Shown: positions 59,527-64,000 of the stretch, one piece after another | Position numbering within the stretch: position 1 is the stretch's first letter | Layout: each line of letters starts with the position of its first letter | Assembly: GCA_016839815.1 (NCBI GenBank) | Contig: JAEOTM010000041.1 | Span: 1 to 64,000 of the forward strand | Direction of reading: 5' to 3' | Source: Candidatus Hodarchaeota archaeon | GTDB lineage: Archaea > Asgardarchaeota > Heimdallarchaeia > Hodarchaeales > Hodarchaeaceae | Length of the DNA stretch: 64,000 bases | The notes under the pieces: generated by a model | Databases searched by the model: none | The model's input: the letters and a program-made list of their open reading frames with translations, nothing else | What the model was told of the DNA's origin: nothing | Program-made: the position numbers and the translations under genes

Positions 59527-61237
59527 GACAGAACGCTTATCAGGTGGCTCATTCGTAGCAAAAAGTCTAAAGGTAGAGGATATTGAGTATGTTTTCACAT
59601 TATCGGGAGGACATATCAATCCCATTTACAAAGGATTGGTAGAGGAGGGGATACCTATCATTACAACTAGACATGAGCAAGCTGCGGGAAATGCTGCAGA
59701 GGGATGGGCTAAAACTACTCGTACTCCAGGAGTTTGTTTGGTAACCGCAGGTCCAGGTTTTTCTAATGTTCTTCCTGCTTTAATTAGTGCTTATTATGCT
59801 CATAGTCCTGTATTCGCCATTACGGGGCACACAGCATTAAGAGATTTAAATAAACATGCTGCTCAGGAAGTGGACCATTTACCTTTAGCTAATCCAGCAA
59901 CAAAATATGCACGAATGGTCTACAATACTCACCGAATTCCTGAATATATGCAAGAAGCCTTCAGGGCATGTACAGCTGAAAATATGGGCCCTGTATTACT
60001 TGATATTCCAGTTGATATTTTAACTCTTGAATCAGATGTGGATGAAGCAAAACCATTTTATGGATTATCTCCTGATCAATATCGTCCTAAAGGGTATAAA
60101 TATCCAGACCCCTTACTGGTGAAACAGGTAGCAGATTATTTATTAGAGGCGAAGAATCCAGTAATAATTGCGGGAAGTGGAGTTTATTGGGGAGGAGCAT
60201 CGGCTAATTTGTTAGCATTAGCTGAATATTTATCAATTCCAGTAGCGTATGATGATTTAGGGAAAGGATCAATTCCTGAACTTCACCCATTAGCCATTGG
60301 GAGTGCGATTCAAAATATCTTACTTAACCAAGCAGATTTTATACTAGCTCTTGGAGTTATTTTTGGAGAATACCAAGGATATGGAACTAATCCAGCCTTC
60401 TATGCAGAAGATGTTAAGTTTGTGCATGTAGATCCTGAAGCAACAGCAGTAGGTAAGAATAGACCCTTAGAATTAGGAATTTCCTGTTCAATTAATCCTT
60501 TCTTAGAACAACTATTAGCTACTGTGATAAAACTCAAACCAGAAGTCAAATTACATAATGAATGGGCTAAGACCATCAAAGGGGATCGGAACCAGCTCGA
60601 AGAAATGATTAGCGGACCTGTGGATTCTAACGATACTCCCATCAAACCACAAAGGCTTACGAAAGATATTCAACAATTCTTGGATGAAGACACTAGATTA
60701 TTCTTAGATGGAGGAGATACCACTGTTTGGGCCAATCTAATCTTGAAAGCTACTTATCCTGGTCAAATTATTGGCTCACATGGACCTACTGGTCATTTAG
60801 GAGCTGGATTACCTATGGGAATAGCTGGGAAGCTAGCAGAACCTGAGAAAAATGTTATTATACTCTCAGGGGATGGAAGTTTTCTGTTTAATGGGGCGGA
60901 AATTGATACAGCAATTCGCTATGACTTACCTTTAACAGTAATAATTGAAAATGATTCTTTGTGGGGAATGATTGCACATAACCAGGATTTATCATGGGGT
61001 GAACGTATCGGTACCACCTTAGATGAAAAGAATCATATTGATTATGTTAAGTTTGCAGAAAGCTTGGGTGGACAAGGAGAATTGGTCACTCGGCCAGAAG
61101 ATGTCCCCTCAGCGATTAGACGAGCTAAAAACAGTGGTACTGTAACAGTAGTTGACGTAAGAGTTGATGGCTCTGTGACAAATATTCTGAATCAGAGTGC
61201 AGCTGCAAAAGCCGACCCCTCATTTTGGGAACAATAG
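59525..61237 (+). CDS. ThDP-dependent enzyme (acetolactate synthase-like; 2-hydroxyacyl-CoA lyase/IlvBL branch likely)
   Basis: VFTLSGGHI, RHEQAA, VTAGPG, GPVLLDIP, LDGGD, GHLGAG, GDGSF…END. Confidence 0.88.
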   Translation: MTERLSGGSFVAKSLKVEDIEYVFTLSGGHINPIYKGLVEEGIPIITTRHEQAAGNAAEGWAKTTRTPGVCLVTAGPGFSNVLPALISAYYAHSPVFAITGHTALRDLNKHAAQEVDHLPLANPATKYARMVYNTHRIPEYMQEAFRACTAENMGPVLLDIPVDILTLESDVDEAKPFYGLSPDQYRPKGYKYPDPLLVKQVADYLLEAKNPVIIAGSGVYWGGASANLLALAEYLSIPVAYDDLGKGSIPELHPLAIGSAIQNILLNQADFILALGVIFGEYQGYGTNPAFYAEDVKFVHVDPEATAVGKNRPLELGISCSINPFLEQLLATVIKLKPEVKLHNEWAKTIKGDRNQLEEMISGPVDSNDTPIKPQRLTKDIQQFLDEDTRLFLDGGDTTVWANLILKATYPGQIIGSHGPTGHLGAGLPMGIAGKLAEPEKNVIILSGDGSFLFNGAEIDTAIRYDLPLTVIIENDSLWGMIAHNQDLSWGERIGTTLDEKNHIDYVKFAESLGGQGELVTRPEDVPSAIRRAKNSGTVTVVDVRVDGSVTNILNQSAAAKADPSFWEQ

Positions 61238-61252
61238 TATGGAGAAAGTAAA

Positions 61253-62212
61253 TTGGCAATTCTTATTACTGGTGGTACTGGTTTTATAGGTTCCTTTCTA
61301 GCAAAAGAATTGTTTACTTCAACGAATGAAGAACTGATTCTATTTGATTACATCATTAATGAGAAGCGAATAAAATCATTGAAAGATGATCCTCGTATTT
61401 CACTCATCAAAGGTGACGTTTCTAACAGAACATTTCTCCACTCGCAATTAGAAAAACTCACTGATTTTTCAACTATCTACCATTTTGGTAGTCTAATGCC
61501 TCCGTTAACCGAATCCGAGTTAACGGATGCTTTTAATATCAATATTCAAGGAACTTTCAATGTTTTGGAATTTGCACGTCTTCATAACATTTCACAAGTC
61601 GTTTATTCTAGCTCTGGAGCGATATATGGACCAGGTGTCGACCTACCAGTTACTGAACAATCGTTTCGAGATCCATGGACTATGTATGGTGTTGGAAAAG
61701 TATGTTCGGAAGTCCTAGGATCGTTTTATCATCGTAGAAAAGGAGTAAAGTTTACTTCTATTCGTTTTCCTGCTTTAATCGGACCAGGACGCACAGGCAA
61801 AGGAATGACCATTTTTGCGAATAATATCATTCAATATCCTGCTCAAGGAGAAAAAGCCATCTGTAATGTCGAAGAAGATATTGCTGTTCCTCTAATATAT
61901 ATCAAAGACGCAACTAAGTTCTTAGCCAGTCTCCACAAGCGTGAAGATATTCCAGAACAAACATACAATATTGATGGAGTATGGATCAGAGCAAACGAAC
62001 TAGCGAAGTATGTACAAAATGAAATATCTGATGCAATCATTGAGTATGACCCTGATCCAGAATTAACCTTTATGCTTCGGAGTTGGTCCATGATGAAAGG
62101 AGAATCCAATGCAATTTTCGATGATCTTGGATACTCACCCTCATACTCACCAGAAGAGATGGTCAAAGACTTTATTTTAGAAGTAAAAACAAACCCTGAT
62201 TACAAAATCTAG
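61253..62212 (+). CDS. Extended SDR, NAD-dependent epimerase/dehydratase (threonine dehydrogenase-like)
   Basis: ITGGTGFIG, NIQGTFNVLE, SSGAIYG, YGVGK, SIRFP. Confidence 0.88.
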   Translation: MAILITGGTGFIGSFLAKELFTSTNEELILFDYIINEKRIKSLKDDPRISLIKGDVSNRTFLHSQLEKLTDFSTIYHFGSLMPPLTESELTDAFNINIQGTFNVLEFARLHNISQVVYSSSGAIYGPGVDLPVTEQSFRDPWTMYGVGKVCSEVLGSFYHRRKGVKFTSIRFPALIGPGRTGKGMTIFANNIIQYPAQGEKAICNVEEDIAVPLIYIKDATKFLASLHKREDIPEQTYNIDGVWIRANELAKYVQNEISDAIIEYDPDPELTFMLRSWSMMKGESNAIFDDLGYSPSYSPEEMVKDFILEVKTNPDYKI

Positions 62213-62218
62213 AATTAC

Positions 62219-63202
62219 ATGAAATTAACCTCAGTGATTGAAATGGAATTAGAAACAATTAAAAATATTGGAATTGTTGGTGTGGGAGTTATGGGGCCTG
62301 GGATAGCAGAGGTTCTTGCAATATTTGGTTCCTCATATGACTTTACAATCAATTTATTTGATATTTCAAGTGAAGCAATTCAGAATGCTCAAAAACGAAT
62401 GGAAGAAGACTTTGTCAAGGTAGAAAGTGTTGGGATCTTTAGTAAGGAAGACTTACAGGAAGCACGAAATCGAATTCATTTTGTAACTGATCTAAATGCT
62501 CTCAAGGAGTCACATCTTATTATTGAAGTTATCCCTGAAAAACTCAATCTCAAACAGGATTTTTTCAAACAGATTGAAAGTTTAGTGTCTCCCGATACAA
62601 TTTTAGCAACAAATTCTTCAGGTTTAAGTATAACAGCAATTGCAAAAGATACTCAACATCCAGAAAGGGTCATTGGAACGCATTTCATGAATCCTCCCTT
62701 ACTAATGCCCTTAGTTGAAGTAGTAAAAGGTAAAGATACGTCTGATGAGACGATATCAAGAATAATTGGTCTTTTGACAAATGTGAATAAACGCCCAGTC
62801 TTAGTGAAAAAAGATATTCCTGGATATGTACATAATCGATTACAAGCTGCAGTGTTTCGTGAATTAATGCACTTAGTGGATACTGAGGTTATGGACGTAG
62901 AAGACCTAGAAACAACTGTGAGGTACGGATTAGGCTTACGTCTACCCGTGATGAAAGTTTTCGAAATGGTTGACCTGATGGGATTGGATACAATAAAAAA
63001 TGTCCTTTCTTATCTGTATCCTGCGTTAGACCGATCCACCAAACCGCCTGACTTCTTAGAGGAGATGATTGGGAAGGGAACATTAGGTGTCAAAACTGGT
63101 AAGGGATTTCATGACTATTCCAATGCAGATATGACAGAATCAATGAAAGAGAAAGAAGCAGCAACATTTCAACTGCTCATGATGATGCAGCAATATGACT
63201 AA
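62219..63202 (+). CDS. 3-hydroxyacyl-CoA dehydrogenase family
   Basis: GVGVMGPGIA, IEVIPEKLNLK, ATNSS, THFMNPP, LVEVV, PGYVHNRLQ, GVKTGKGF. Confidence 0.92.
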   Translation: MKLTSVIEMELETIKNIGIVGVGVMGPGIAEVLAIFGSSYDFTINLFDISSEAIQNAQKRMEEDFVKVESVGIFSKEDLQEARNRIHFVTDLNALKESHLIIEVIPEKLNLKQDFFKQIESLVSPDTILATNSSGLSITAIAKDTQHPERVIGTHFMNPPLLMPLVEVVKGKDTSDETISRIIGLLTNVNKRPVLVKKDIPGYVHNRLQAAVFRELMHLVDTEVMDVEDLETTVRYGLGLRLPVMKVFEMVDLMGLDTIKNVLSYLYPALDRSTKPPDFLEEMIGKGTLGVKTGKGFHDYSNADMTESMKEKEAATFQLLMMMQQYD

Positions 63203-63256
63203 ATGCAGGAAAAAGTGGGTGGGAGAATCTTGGTATTCTCCTTACCTGATTAGCTT

Positions 63257-64000
63257 TTAAAAAGTAATATCCTTACCTTTTGTTTCAGGGATGAGTCGTA
63301 ACACGAAGAACATTGCAATATAGGCAAATACACACAATGTCATTCCTACAGCAAGTGCTTGTGCAAATCCTAGTGGATCTAGTAGCACTCTTTCCTCAAG
63401 CTTAAGATGTGGGGCAATCTTAGGTTCTAGCTCGGTTGTTATGATTCCAATGATAAATGCTCCAAGAGCTAAAGCTCTTGCGACAGAAAAAATAAATGAG
63501 GTTGCGGTTGCTCTGAATCGTGTAGGAAATACTTCACTGCTCCAAATCCCAAATACACCGTGCATTCCAAACGAGAATGTCAAAACGAGACACCCAACTA
63601 TTATTAACGGAAAAACATAGGCAATGAAATTAAAAGTAACGAAAAGACTTACACCAACAAGACCAATCACACAACTATAAAAAAAAGCTTTCTTTCTACC
63701 GATATAATCGCTTGCCCATCCTGTAAAGTACAGTGCAAACCCAGCAACAACCATAACTCCTAACATTAATACCCTAGCAAGTGTTTTAGCTGACCCAACA
63801 TCTCCTCCGCTCTGCTGTAACTCATATATGAACATATATTCGAAATATGTAGGAGCCCAATCAGCTAACGCGTGATAGGCGAATTCTGATAGCCAGAAGA
63901 GAACTGTAAGAAGAACCATGAATTTGATCCATTGAGAACTGAGTACATCACGTAAGCCAGATGTCTTATCTTTTTCTTCAACGAGTTTGATCTCACTGGA
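63257..64000 (-). CDS. MFS transporter, C-terminal half (5' end outside the window)
   Basis: GWASDYIGRK, SEVFPTRFRATA, PETKG; frame stays open to the window edge. Confidence 0.9.
   Translation of the reverse strand, partial: SSEIKLVEEKDKTSGLRDVLSSQWIKFMVLLTVLFWLSEFAYHALADWAPTYFEYMFIYELQQSGGDVGSAKTLARVLMLGVMVVAGFALYFTGWASDYIGRKKAFFYSCVIGLVGVSLFVTFNFIAYVFPLIIVGCLVLTFSFGMHGVFGIWSSEVFPTRFRATATSFIFSVARALALGAFIIGIITTELEPKIAPHLKLEERVLLDPLGFAQALAVGMTLCVFAYIAMFFVLRLIPETKGKDITF

Overview
AT-rich, densely coding archaeal chromosomal segment with about 53 CDSs. I saw no rRNA, tRNA, CRISPR array or transposase. The gene set (Rab-like small GTPase with WDLAGQ, RIO1 kinase, short archaeal PurA, thiolase plus DUF35, aldehyde:ferredoxin oxidoreductase, kynureninase, PAS-rich sensor, C-terminal zinc-ribbon membrane protease) points to an Asgard archaeon, probably Heimdallarchaeia/Hodarchaeales; this is an inference. 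Content: an Mre11-Rad50-Hrq1/MrfA-type helicase DNA-repair operon, a large membrane-anchored subtilase, RIO1, an NAD-salvage pair, a large AAA+ ATPase, purine/nucleoside salvage genes and many heterotrophic catabolic enzymes. Most notable candidates: (i) a Site-1-protease (MBTPS1)-like subtilase; (ii) a 30-codon leader ORF ending Pro-UGA with two hairpins that could control RIO1 translation, next to a ~290-nt hairpin-rich intergenic element; (iii) a Rad50 with no zinc hook; (iv) a GNAT-like / Cys-less thiolase / DUF35 module; (v) an acyl-CoA ligase / DUF7064-like / PPDK-type small-molecule kinase / GH4 cluster; (vi) a shared 17-bp TGATTAY-N3-ATAATYR palindrome in two promoter regions; (vii) a possible switchable leader on the purine salvage operon. 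All family calls come from motif recognition by eye, not database searches.
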